A DNA stretch of 64,000 nucleotides from an uncultured Verrucomicrobiae bacterium (GTDB taxonomy: Bacteria > Verrucomicrobiota > Verrucomicrobiia > Limisphaerales > Palsa-1400), in NCBI GenBank assembly GCA_963764165.1, contig CAVXRD010000002.1, forward strand, positions 2,464,001 to 2,528,000. The letters run 5' to 3'. Shown here in pieces: positions 39,598-47,953 of the stretch. Below the pieces are notes generated by a model. That model did not search any database. It was not told the DNA's origin and saw only the letters and a list, made by a program, of their open reading frames with translations. The position numbers were made by a program, and so were the translations under genes. The stretch's first letter is position 1; every line of letters begins with the position of its first letter.

Positions 39598-40092
39598 ATG
39601 GCCGAAGTAATTGATAAGCTGCAGCCTTGTTTGCTGGATCGACTGATGGACGATGATCCGTCCAACAAGGAGGAAAGCCGGATGCAGCGAGTGGTCTCGC
39701 TGCAAAAGTACCGCCGGGGCGCGATTCGGGACTTTCAGTGGCTGTTTAATTCCTCCGCGTATTCCGGTTTGGATTTTATGCGCGGTGATCGCTCAAAGCA
39801 ATATCCCGAGGTCTATCGTTCCGTGTTGAATTATGGCGTGCGCCAATTGTGCGGTGTGCTCACTCCGGACTTGGAAAAACTCAAGGAGCAACTGGCCGAG
39901 TCCATTCGAAATTTTGAGCCGCGAATGTCGGCCCGTTCGGTGGACGTCAAGGTCGATATGGAACGCAATGTGATCAGGCTGGAGATCAACGGGGAACTGT
40001 GGGCAAATCCCATGCCGGAAAACCTGCACTTGGCCACCACGGTTGACTTGGAGACCGGTCAATGCCAGTTCGGAGATGCTCTGAATGGATGA
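39598..40092 (+). CDS. tssE: T6SS baseplate TssE (gp25-like)
   Basis: PCLLDRLMDDDP, SVLNYG, IRNFEPR. Confidence 0.95.
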   Translation: MAEVIDKLQPCLLDRLMDDDPSNKEESRMQRVVSLQKYRRGAIRDFQWLFNSSAYSGLDFMRGDRSKQYPEVYRSVLNYGVRQLCGVLTPDLEKLKEQLAESIRNFEPRMSARSVDVKVDMERNVIRLEINGELWANPMPENLHLATTVDLETGQCQFGDALNG

Positions 40093-41998
40093 GCGTCTGC
40101 TGGAGCTTTATAACATCGAATTGCGCCATCTGCGCGAAACGGCGGCTGAATTTGGCCGCGAATATCCCAAGATCGCCGGTCGTCTGGCGATCGATCCAGA
40201 CGGCAAGACAATTTGCGCCGATCCGTATGTGGAGCGGCTGCTCGAAGGCTTTGCCTTTTTGGCGGCCCGTGTTCATCTCAAACTCGATTCGGAGTTCCCC
40301 CGCTTCACCCAGGGGCTGCTGGAAACGATTTATCCCGATTACCTCTGCCCTCTTCCCGCGATGGCGATTGTCAAGTTTGATCCCGAAGAACAAGAGCCGG
40401 CCCTTGCGCAGGGCTTTGCCATCAAAAGAGGTGCGCAAATGCGCAGCCAACTTGCTAAAGGGGATCGAACCCCCTGCACATTCACGCTTGCGCACGACTT
40501 GCGACTTTTGCCATTGGTGATCAGCGAGGCGCGCTATTATCACCGCGACGTGGCGGAACTGAATCTGCCGAAGGAAGCGGGGGCCAAAGCCGCATTTCGA
40601 TTGCGGCTTCGCAAGACCGTCGGGAACCCTTTTGCCCAAATCGCGGTCAGCCCGCTGCTGGTGTTTATCCGCGGCGCGGGGGAATTGCCCGGACAAATCT
40701 ATGAGCAAATTTTCGCCCATCGAAGCTCATTAATCGTGCAGTGGACACAAGACCGGCGCCGCCAGAACAAGGTATTTAACAAAACCTGCATCCGGCAATT
40801 TGGCTTCGAGCCCGAACAGGCCCTGCTTCCGTCGGCTCCGCAAACCTTCGAAGGTTATCGCTTGCTGCGGGAGTACTTTGCGTTTCCTTCCCGCTTTTTG
40901 TTCTTTGAGCTCGCTGGCTTTCAAGAGGCGCTGGCCAAGGCGGAGGGTGAGGAAATTGACGTAATATTGGCCCTCGACCAGCCCGAGACCGGCTTGGAAG
41001 GCCGCGTCGACCGCACGAATTTTGACTTGCATTGCGCCGCAGCCATTAACTTGTTTGAAAAGAGCCTCGATCCGGTCCTCGTTTCGAACCGCGTGACGGA
41101 ATTTCATATCGTGCCCGTGCGGAATCGTCCGCTGGACTACGAAGTCTTCCAGTTGACGTCGGTGATAGGCACCGCCTCGACCCATGAGCAGGAAACGGTG
41201 TTTCTCCCCTTCTACCGTGCGCGCGACACAGATCTCTCAAGGGGGGCCTTTTACACGCTCCACCGGGTGCCGCGTCTCCTGACTGATCGTGAACAAGTCG
41301 GCGGGCCGAAATCATCCTACACTGGCACCGATGCGTTTCTTTCGATCGTTGATGCGGATATGGCGCCTGCGCTGTCGAATGTGAAGCAATTAACCATTCG
41401 CGCTCTTTGCACGAATCGGCATCTGGCCAATCAAATTGCGAAAGGCGCGGGCCGCTCGGATTTCACGCTCACCGACTTGAGCGGACCGGTCAAAGCAATC
41501 CGCATCATAGACGGGCCCACCCCGCCGCATCCGAGCCTGGTTCTGGCGGGACAGGACGTGAATTCCCCCCAGGCCGCATCAGGGCGGTTCGCCTGGCGGC
41601 TGATCAGCCATCTCTCCTTGAACTACCTTTCGCTTGTCAATAATAGCAGGGAAACTGGCGCCGAAGCATTGCGCGAAATGCTCAAGCTCTATGCCGACCC
41701 GGCTGATCGCCAGGCCCTCAAGCAGATTGACGGGTTGCGCAATGTGCGCCACCGTCCGATTATCCGCCGCGTCGAAGTGCCGGGGCCGATCAGCTTCGCC
41801 CGCGGTTTGGAGATTGGCGTCGAGTTTGATGAAAGCGCCTTTGAAGGGCAGGGTGTCTTTGTTCTGGGTGCGGTCTTGGAACGGTTCTTCGCCAAATACG
41901 TCTCCCTCAACTCATTTACAGAAACGATTGTCGCTACGCAGCAAAGAAAGGAGGTATTTCGATGGGCCGCCCAACCAGGCCTGAGACCGATGCTCTAA
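40085..41998 (+). CDS. tssF: T6SS baseplate TssF
   Basis: EFGREYPKIAGRL, DPYVERLLEGFAFL, GYRLLREYFAFP, WRLISHLSLNYL, YVSLNSF. Confidence 0.98.
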   Translation: MDERLLELYNIELRHLRETAAEFGREYPKIAGRLAIDPDGKTICADPYVERLLEGFAFLAARVHLKLDSEFPRFTQGLLETIYPDYLCPLPAMAIVKFDPEEQEPALAQGFAIKRGAQMRSQLAKGDRTPCTFTLAHDLRLLPLVISEARYYHRDVAELNLPKEAGAKAAFRLRLRKTVGNPFAQIAVSPLLVFIRGAGELPGQIYEQIFAHRSSLIVQWTQDRRRQNKVFNKTCIRQFGFEPEQALLPSAPQTFEGYRLLREYFAFPSRFLFFELAGFQEALAKAEGEEIDVILALDQPETGLEGRVDRTNFDLHCAAAINLFEKSLDPVLVSNRVTEFHIVPVRNRPLDYEVFQLTSVIGTASTHEQETVFLPFYRARDTDLSRGAFYTLHRVPRLLTDREQVGGPKSSYTGTDAFLSIVDADMAPALSNVKQLTIRALCTNRHLANQIAKGAGRSDFTLTDLSGPVKAIRIIDGPTPPHPSLVLAGQDVNSPQAASGRFAWRLISHLSLNYLSLVNNSRETGAEALREMLKLYADPADRQALKQIDGLRNVRHRPIIRRVEVPGPISFARGLEIGVEFDESAFEGQGVFVLGAVLERFFAKYVSLNSFTETIVATQQRKEVFRWAAQPGLRPML

Positions 41999-42978
41999 TC
42001 GCTGAGGTGCTGAATAAACCGTACCATTATGAGTTTTTCGCCATCGGACGATTGCTGCAGGCTTGGAATTCCCATCTTCCCAGGCTTGGCTATTCGTTGT
42101 CGCCGTCTCAGGATGCGGTGCGCTTTGGCCAGAACCCGGTCCTCACCTTCGCCCCGTCCACCATCGAGTCTGTCGAGCGGCTGGCGGGCGGGGACGTATT
42201 GCGCGTTTTTACCCGGCATTTCGGTTTGTTTGGTCCCCACGGACCGCTGCCGACGTGTTTGACGGAGCACGCCCAAGATCGCCTGCGGCATTATGGGGAC
42301 GGAACATTTGCGGCCTTTTGCAACGTGTTTCATCACCGTCTGCTTTGCTTTTTCTACCGCGCCTGGGCTGATGCTCAAAAAACCGTTGATTTGGACCGGG
42401 CGGATGAAAGGTGGACGCATTTCATGCGCTGCCTGATTGGCATGGGGCTGGCGGGGTTTGCTGATCGCGACAGCGTGCCGGATCGTTCGAAATTGTTCTT
42501 TACCGGGAGGCTGGTCCATCAGTCGCGCAATGCGGGCGGCCTGGCCGCCATCATCCAAGATTTTTTCGGCGTGCCAGCCGAGGTGCAGAGCTTTGTGGGC
42601 CAATGGCTTGATCTGCCCGAGGAATCGACCTGCCGGCTGGGTGCTTCTCCGCACACGGGCGCGGTTGGACTGACACTCATTGTCGGGGCGCGCTTCTGGA
42701 CCTGCCAGCTTCATTTCCGCGTCCATCTCGGCCCGATGAGCCTGGAGGATTATGAGCGGCTCCTGCCCTGCGGAGATTCATTCCGGCGCTTGTGCGACTG
42801 GATTCGGCAATATGCGGGGCTGGAGTTGTCATGGGATGCGCGGCTGGTGCTGCACAAGGACAAAGTGCCTCCCGTGCAAATTGGCCGGGCGGGGCGTCTT
42901 GGTTGGACCACATGGTTGAAAACCAAGCCATTCGAACACCATGCAGATTCGCTGATTTTAACTGAACACGCCAACTGA
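41962..42978 (+). CDS. tssG: T6SS baseplate TssG
   Basis: GLFGPHGPLP, FHHRLLCFFYRAW, GRLGWTTWL. Confidence 0.96.
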   Translation: MGRPTRPETDALIAEVLNKPYHYEFFAIGRLLQAWNSHLPRLGYSLSPSQDAVRFGQNPVLTFAPSTIESVERLAGGDVLRVFTRHFGLFGPHGPLPTCLTEHAQDRLRHYGDGTFAAFCNVFHHRLLCFFYRAWADAQKTVDLDRADERWTHFMRCLIGMGLAGFADRDSVPDRSKLFFTGRLVHQSRNAGGLAAIIQDFFGVPAEVQSFVGQWLDLPEESTCRLGASPHTGAVGLTLIVGARFWTCQLHFRVHLGPMSLEDYERLLPCGDSFRRLCDWIRQYAGLELSWDARLVLHKDKVPPVQIGRAGRLGWTTWLKTKPFEHHADSLILTEHAN

Positions 42979-42989
42979 GGATCATAAAC

Positions 42990-45695
42990 ATGGCTGAAAT
43001 CGAACGCTCAACACTCTTCGGCAAACTTAACCCGCTGGGTTACAAATCCATTGAAGCCGCCACCGTATTCTGCAAAATGCGCGGGAACCCCTACGTGGAA
43101 ACCGTCCACTGGCTCCATCAATTGTTGCAGCAACAGGATTGTGATCTTCTCCACATCATTAAACACTTTGACCTCGACAGCGCCAAAGTGGCGGCGGATA
43201 TCATTGCGGCGCTGGATCGGCTGCCCCGCGGCGCCACCTCCATCAGCGATTTCTCGCCCCACATCGAAAACGCCCTGCAACAGGCCTATTTATACGGGAC
43301 GCTTCTCTATGGCGAGACTCAGGTGCGCACCGGTCATCTGGTAATCGCGTTTTTGAAAACAGATTCGTTGCGCAATGTGTTCCTCGGTTTTTCAAGAGAG
43401 TTCGCGAAAATAAAAGCCGAGCAGCTGACTGATGAATTCAGCCGCATAGTGGCGGGTTCGCCCGAGGGCGGCATGAGCGCCAGCGATGGTTCAGGCCTGG
43501 CGGCGGGCGCCGCACCAGGAGAGGCCAGCGGCTCTATCGCTCCCGCGGAGATGGGCAAGCAGGAGGCCCTCAAACGGTTTACCACCGACCTGACGGAGAA
43601 GGCGCGGAAGGGCGAAATTGATCCTGTGATTGGACGTGACGACGAGATCCGCCAATGTGTCGACATTTTGATGCGCCGCCGCCAAAACAACCCCATCCTG
43701 ACGGGCGAGGCGGGAGTTGGAAAAACGGCGGTCGTCGAAGGATTCGCTCACCGTATCCTGGCGGGGGACGTTCCGCCGCCATTGCGCGACGTCTCGGTGC
43801 GGTCGCTGGATGTCGGACTGCTTCAGGCCGGCGCCAGCATGAAGGGTGAATTTGAACAGCGGTTGCGGGGGGTGGTGGACGAAATCCAAGCCTCGCCCAA
43901 ACCGATTATCCTCTTTATTGACGAGGCCCATACCCTCATCGGCGTCGGGGCCGGGGCGGGGGATGCCGCCAATTTGCTCAAGCCTGCGCTGGCCCGCGGG
44001 ACCCTCCGGACGATCGCAGCCACGACCTGGGATGAATACAAGCGTCATATAGAAAAAGACCCCGCCCTGACGCGCCGCTTCCAAGTTGTCAAAGTGGACG
44101 AACCCTCCGAGGAAAAGTGCGTTCGCATGATGCGGGCGGTGATGGTGCCCTTCGAGAAACATCACAAGGTCCAGGTTCTCGACGAGGCGATCAGCGCGGC
44201 GGTGCGGCTGTCTCATCGTTACATCGCGGGACGCCAATTGCCGGACAAGGCAGTCAGTTTAATTGACACCGCTGCGGCGCGCGTCGCAGTGAGCCAGCAC
44301 GCCGTGCCGCCGCGGGTCGATGACACCCGGCGCCGCATCCAGGCTCTGCAAACTGAAATGGAAATCCTCGGCCGCGAATCGGCCATCGGCTTGGAGCACA
44401 CGGCGCGCTTCACGGAGGTCTCGGCTCAATTGGCTGCCGAGAAAGGCAGCCTGCCCCAGCTTGAAAAGCACTGGGAGGACGAAAAGCAGCTAGTCAATAA
44501 AATTCTCGATCTGCGCTCCAAATTGCGGGCCGCCGACTCGACCATCGAGGCGCAGCCCAATACCATGCAGCCGGCCCAGCCCGCCGCCGCGCTCAGTGAG
44601 GAGGAACGATCCCGGCTGCTGGCCGAATTGAAAGATCAGCAACAGCAACTGCAGCGCTATCAGGGCGAAACGCCCCTTGTCTTTCCCACTGTGGATGCCA
44701 ATGCCGTTGGCAGCGTTGTGGCGGACTGGACGGGCATTCCCGTGGGACGCATGGTCAAGAATGAAATCGAGCAAGTTCTCGGCCTGGCCGATCTCCTGGA
44801 ACGGCGCGTCATAGGCCAGCGCCACGCGCTGGAGATGATTTCCCGCCGCATTCAAACCAGCCGGGCGAGGCTGGATAATCCCAATCGCCCCATTGGTGTT
44901 TTCATGCTCGTCGGCCCCAGCGGCACCGGCAAGACCGAGACCGCCCTGACCTTGGCCGAAACGCTTTACGGCGGAGAACAAAACCTCATCTCGATCAACA
45001 TGAGCGAGTTCCAGGAAGCGCATACCGTCAGCACCCTGAAAGGTTCGCCCCCGGGCTACGTCGGCTATGGCGAAGGCGGCGTGCTGACCGAAGCGGTCCG
45101 CCGCCGGCCTTACAGCGTCGTTCTGCTGGACGAGGTTGAAAAGGCCCACCACGACGTCCACGAAATCTTTTTTCAGGTTTTTGACAAGGGATGGATGGAA
45201 GATGCCGAAGGACGCTATATTGATTTCAAAAATACGATCATCATCTTGACGAGCAATGCGGCGCAGGATGTCATTGTCAACATGTGCCGGGACCCCGAAC
45301 TGATGCCGTTGCCTGAAGGATTGGAAAAAGCCATGCGGGCGCCGCTGACCAAAGTTTTCCCAGACGCGCTGCTGAACCGGCTGGTGGTGACACCATACTA
45401 TCCGATCAGCAAAGAGGTTCTCGGCCAGATCATCAAGCTCAACCTCGGACGGGTGCAGAAGCGCATCAAGGAAAACCACCAGGCCGCATTTACCTATGAT
45501 GAAAGCGTGCCTGAATTGATCGGCCAGCGATGCACCGAACTGGAGCGCGGCGCCCGAATGGTTGACGCGATGATTACCAATACGATGCTTCCTGAAATCG
45601 GACGGGAAATTCTGAACTGCCTGGCCCGCGGCAGTGAAATTAAACGCATTCACGCAACCACGAAGAATGGCACCTTCGAGTATCGGTTTGAGTAG
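42990..45695 (+). CDS. tssH: T6SS AAA+ ATPase ClpV/TssH
   Basis: RRRQNNPILTGEAGVGKT, GPSGTGKT, INMSEFQEAHTVS. Confidence 0.98.
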   Translation: MAEIERSTLFGKLNPLGYKSIEAATVFCKMRGNPYVETVHWLHQLLQQQDCDLLHIIKHFDLDSAKVAADIIAALDRLPRGATSISDFSPHIENALQQAYLYGTLLYGETQVRTGHLVIAFLKTDSLRNVFLGFSREFAKIKAEQLTDEFSRIVAGSPEGGMSASDGSGLAAGAAPGEASGSIAPAEMGKQEALKRFTTDLTEKARKGEIDPVIGRDDEIRQCVDILMRRRQNNPILTGEAGVGKTAVVEGFAHRILAGDVPPPLRDVSVRSLDVGLLQAGASMKGEFEQRLRGVVDEIQASPKPIILFIDEAHTLIGVGAGAGDAANLLKPALARGTLRTIAATTWDEYKRHIEKDPALTRRFQVVKVDEPSEEKCVRMMRAVMVPFEKHHKVQVLDEAISAAVRLSHRYIAGRQLPDKAVSLIDTAAARVAVSQHAVPPRVDDTRRRIQALQTEMEILGRESAIGLEHTARFTEVSAQLAAEKGSLPQLEKHWEDEKQLVNKILDLRSKLRAADSTIEAQPNTMQPAQPAAALSEEERSRLLAELKDQQQQLQRYQGETPLVFPTVDANAVGSVVADWTGIPVGRMVKNEIEQVLGLADLLERRVIGQRHALEMISRRIQTSRARLDNPNRPIGVFMLVGPSGTGKTETALTLAETLYGGEQNLISINMSEFQEAHTVSTLKGSPPGYVGYGEGGVLTEAVRRRPYSVVLLDEVEKAHHDVHEIFFQVFDKGWMEDAEGRYIDFKNTIIILTSNAAQDVIVNMCRDPELMPLPEGLEKAMRAPLTKVFPDALLNRLVVTPYYPISKEVLGQIIKLNLGRVQKRIKENHQAAFTYDESVPELIGQRCTELERGARMVDAMITNTMLPEIGREILNCLARGSEIKRIHATTKNGTFEYRFE

Positions 45696-45704
45696 CATAT
45701 ATCT

Positions 45705-46517
45705 ATGCCAATGACTCTTGACGCCATTCGTTACACAGTTCGCCCGGGCGACAACCTTTCCCGTATCGCGCAAGAGCGTGGCTACGCAGATTGGAAAGCT
45801 ATCTACTTGAGCGATTGCAACGCCGCTCTGCGGCAGCGCCGCCGTGATGCCAATCTGATTCAGCCGGGCGACGTGGTGATGCTTCCGCCCAAGTCGGCGG
45901 ATGTTCAATCGACGCTCAAAAACCGGCTTGCCGCCCTCCAAGCCCTCCGCCGCCAGGTGGCGGACATGTACGGCCAAATCGAGCGTGAGTTAGACTCCAG
46001 CTACGAATCGGCCAAGGGACGCGGGGAGGCGGTCGATACCGCAGCCAAGGTACTGGGCATTTTGACTGGCTTGGGAAAAATCACCGTCAAGGGCATGGCG
46101 GCGATGAAACTCTCTGGGCATGCGCTCGCCGAAGCCAACAAGGAGCTGGGCAAGGAGGCCGTTAAGTTCTCATTCGATCCCGTGCAGGATGTCGCCCTGG
46201 AAAAATACGGCGGGAGCTTAAAATCCGAGGATTCGTTGCTATGGGCTCTTCCCAAGGTTGTAGTTCAATCCTGGATTGATATGACCACGCCAAGCTACTG
46301 GGCGAACATCTACGCCCAACTCAGGAATGGCGCTTCTTGGAGTGCGGCTGTCACGACTTCAGCCTCTGATATCCGCGCGCAGACGTTGTCGCGTTTGAAG
46401 CAACAGCAGGACGCTTCCCTGCGGGGGCTTGATGCGAAAATTGTGGAAACCAACCGGCTCCTTGGGTATTTCACAAAACCGGTGTCCACCCCGATACCTA
46501 TCAGCGCCAAACCTTAA
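45705..46517 (+). CDS. LysM-domain protein with helical/hydrophobic C-terminal part; candidate effector
   Basis: YTVRPGDNLSRIA...NLIQPGDVVMLP; coiled coil, then amphipathic VLGILTGLGKITVKG; no signal peptide. Confidence 0.8.
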   Translation: MPMTLDAIRYTVRPGDNLSRIAQERGYADWKAIYLSDCNAALRQRRRDANLIQPGDVVMLPPKSADVQSTLKNRLAALQALRRQVADMYGQIERELDSSYESAKGRGEAVDTAAKVLGILTGLGKITVKGMAAMKLSGHALAEANKELGKEAVKFSFDPVQDVALEKYGGSLKSEDSLLWALPKVVVQSWIDMTTPSYWANIYAQLRNGASWSAAVTTSASDIRAQTLSRLKQQQDASLRGLDAKIVETNRLLGYFTKPVSTPIPISAKP

Positions 46518-46585
46518 AGTTATGAAACAAAACAAACCCTTGCCGGCATCCGGGAGAACAAGGAACTGGAACCCGCTTTCCGCCC

Positions 46586-47071
46586 ATGGCGATTGAAGAC
46601 AAAGATGTAAACGGTTGGATTTCCAAGCTTGGCATAACGCCTGCGCCGCTGGTTCAGCGAAACATTCGCATAGCCCTGGAGTTCTTTCTTAGACAAATGC
46701 CTTCTTTGCTGGATGAAACCAAGGAGGGATTTCTGCGCGGAATCGACTTGCATTCGAATGTCCGCACGGAGTTCTTGCAGCCGGGCGCGACGGTCGCGGC
46801 ATATCGTCGAAATGGCGAAGAGCTGTTCAAGTTATTTTACACCAAAACCGGCGTGTCCAAATACGACTTGGGGATCGTGCCCTATAACCGGAAGTTCCAG
46901 AAGTTTAAGGTGGCGTTCCCGGGCGAAGTGCTGGTGTCCAAGTGTGCGAGCTACATTTACGCGTCGTCCGATGACGCTCTTGCGGGCCGGCGCCTCTGGT
47001 CAGTTCCAGGTGGCGGCCGTGGCATTCAGTTCATCATTCCCAATTCGAGACGATGCCTGATTGAAACTTAA
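46586..47071 (+). CDS. Stand-alone polymorphic toxin domain, Ntox46-like
   Basis: Pattern GID..V....LQPG, FYTKTG...LGI, VLVSKC, GGGRGIQFII; located in the effector zone. Confidence 0.6.
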   Translation: MAIEDKDVNGWISKLGITPAPLVQRNIRIALEFFLRQMPSLLDETKEGFLRGIDLHSNVRTEFLQPGATVAAYRRNGEELFKLFYTKTGVSKYDLGIVPYNRKFQKFKVAFPGEVLVSKCASYIYASSDDALAGRRLWSVPGGGRGIQFIIPNSRRCLIET

Positions 47072-47100
47072 CTTATTACTTGTGCGACAGCGGCGATAAC

Positions 47101-47916
47101 ATGGCAATTTCATCTTCAAAGCTGATGTGTGGATTAGATCCATGGGACCTGGCTCCCCGGACCTGCGGGCCGTTGGGGCATAACGATGCCGCGGATCCGT
47201 TTGGCCTACTAAGTGGAGATACGCCCGGCGCGTGCGGGATCAACGATTGGGCTGCTCCGGAAAAAATAGACGAACGATCACCTGCGAAGCCATTGCCGCC
47301 GACCCCGGCTGGAAAGGACGGTGGCACGAATTTCACAGTGGAGCAGGGACAGATTACATTTGACGCTGAAGGAAACGATAATCCTAAGAGCCTCTATTTT
47401 AGCCGGCATTTGCACCATCCTTCCGATAGCTCTGGGGTGACGATTGGCCGCGGGTACGACATGAAGGAGCGCAAGGCAAAACAAGTATCGGATGATCTGG
47501 CCGCAGCTGGAGTTCCTCAAACTCTGGCGGATAAATTCGCCAAGGGCGCGGGCTTGAGCGAGGATGACGCGGATGAATTTGTTGCCGACAACCGTGACAA
47601 GCTCGGAAATATCACCCCTGAGGCGCAGAAGCAATTATTTGAGCTTGCTTATCCTGTATACCTTAAAGACGCTAAAAGGCTCTATGATAAATGGACTTCA
47701 GGTGTCAAAGGATCTGTTGCGTGGATGGATCTCAGTCAAGCTGTTCGAGACGTATTGGTTGATTTGAGGTACCAGGGAGCCGCAACGAAGGCCCGATATC
47801 TGGCCGCTGCCAAAGGGGGAACGGAAGATCTCATTGAAATCATCGCAAGCCAGCTCAAGGATTACGAACCGGGAAGGCACCGCATAGCTTACCTGCAACG
47901 ATTCGGGGCAACATGA
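47101..47916 (+). CDS. Pesticin-C-like muramidase, candidate T6SS peptidoglycan effector
   Basis: GQITFDAEG, YFSRHLHHP, SGVTIGRGYDM, ITPEAQKQLF, VLVDLRYQG. Confidence 0.88.
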   Translation: MAISSSKLMCGLDPWDLAPRTCGPLGHNDAADPFGLLSGDTPGACGINDWAAPEKIDERSPAKPLPPTPAGKDGGTNFTVEQGQITFDAEGNDNPKSLYFSRHLHHPSDSSGVTIGRGYDMKERKAKQVSDDLAAAGVPQTLADKFAKGAGLSEDDADEFVADNRDKLGNITPEAQKQLFELAYPVYLKDAKRLYDKWTSGVKGSVAWMDLSQAVRDVLVDLRYQGAATKARYLAAAKGGTEDLIEIIASQLKDYEPGRHRIAYLQRFGAT

Positions 47917-47953
47917 CATCCGCTTTCGCCATAATCTAACCACTTAATTTCCC

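Noticed and set aside
33305..45695. Prophage tail or extracellular contractile injection system
   Set aside because: TssJ-like/L/M, TssK, TssA and ClpV mark a membrane-anchored T6SS; no capsid, terminase, tape-measure or lysis cassette
44490..45977. 495-aa antisense ORF over clpV (similar ORFs at 48671-49660 and 60596-61567)
   Set aside because: Typical GC-rich antisense shadows of conserved genes
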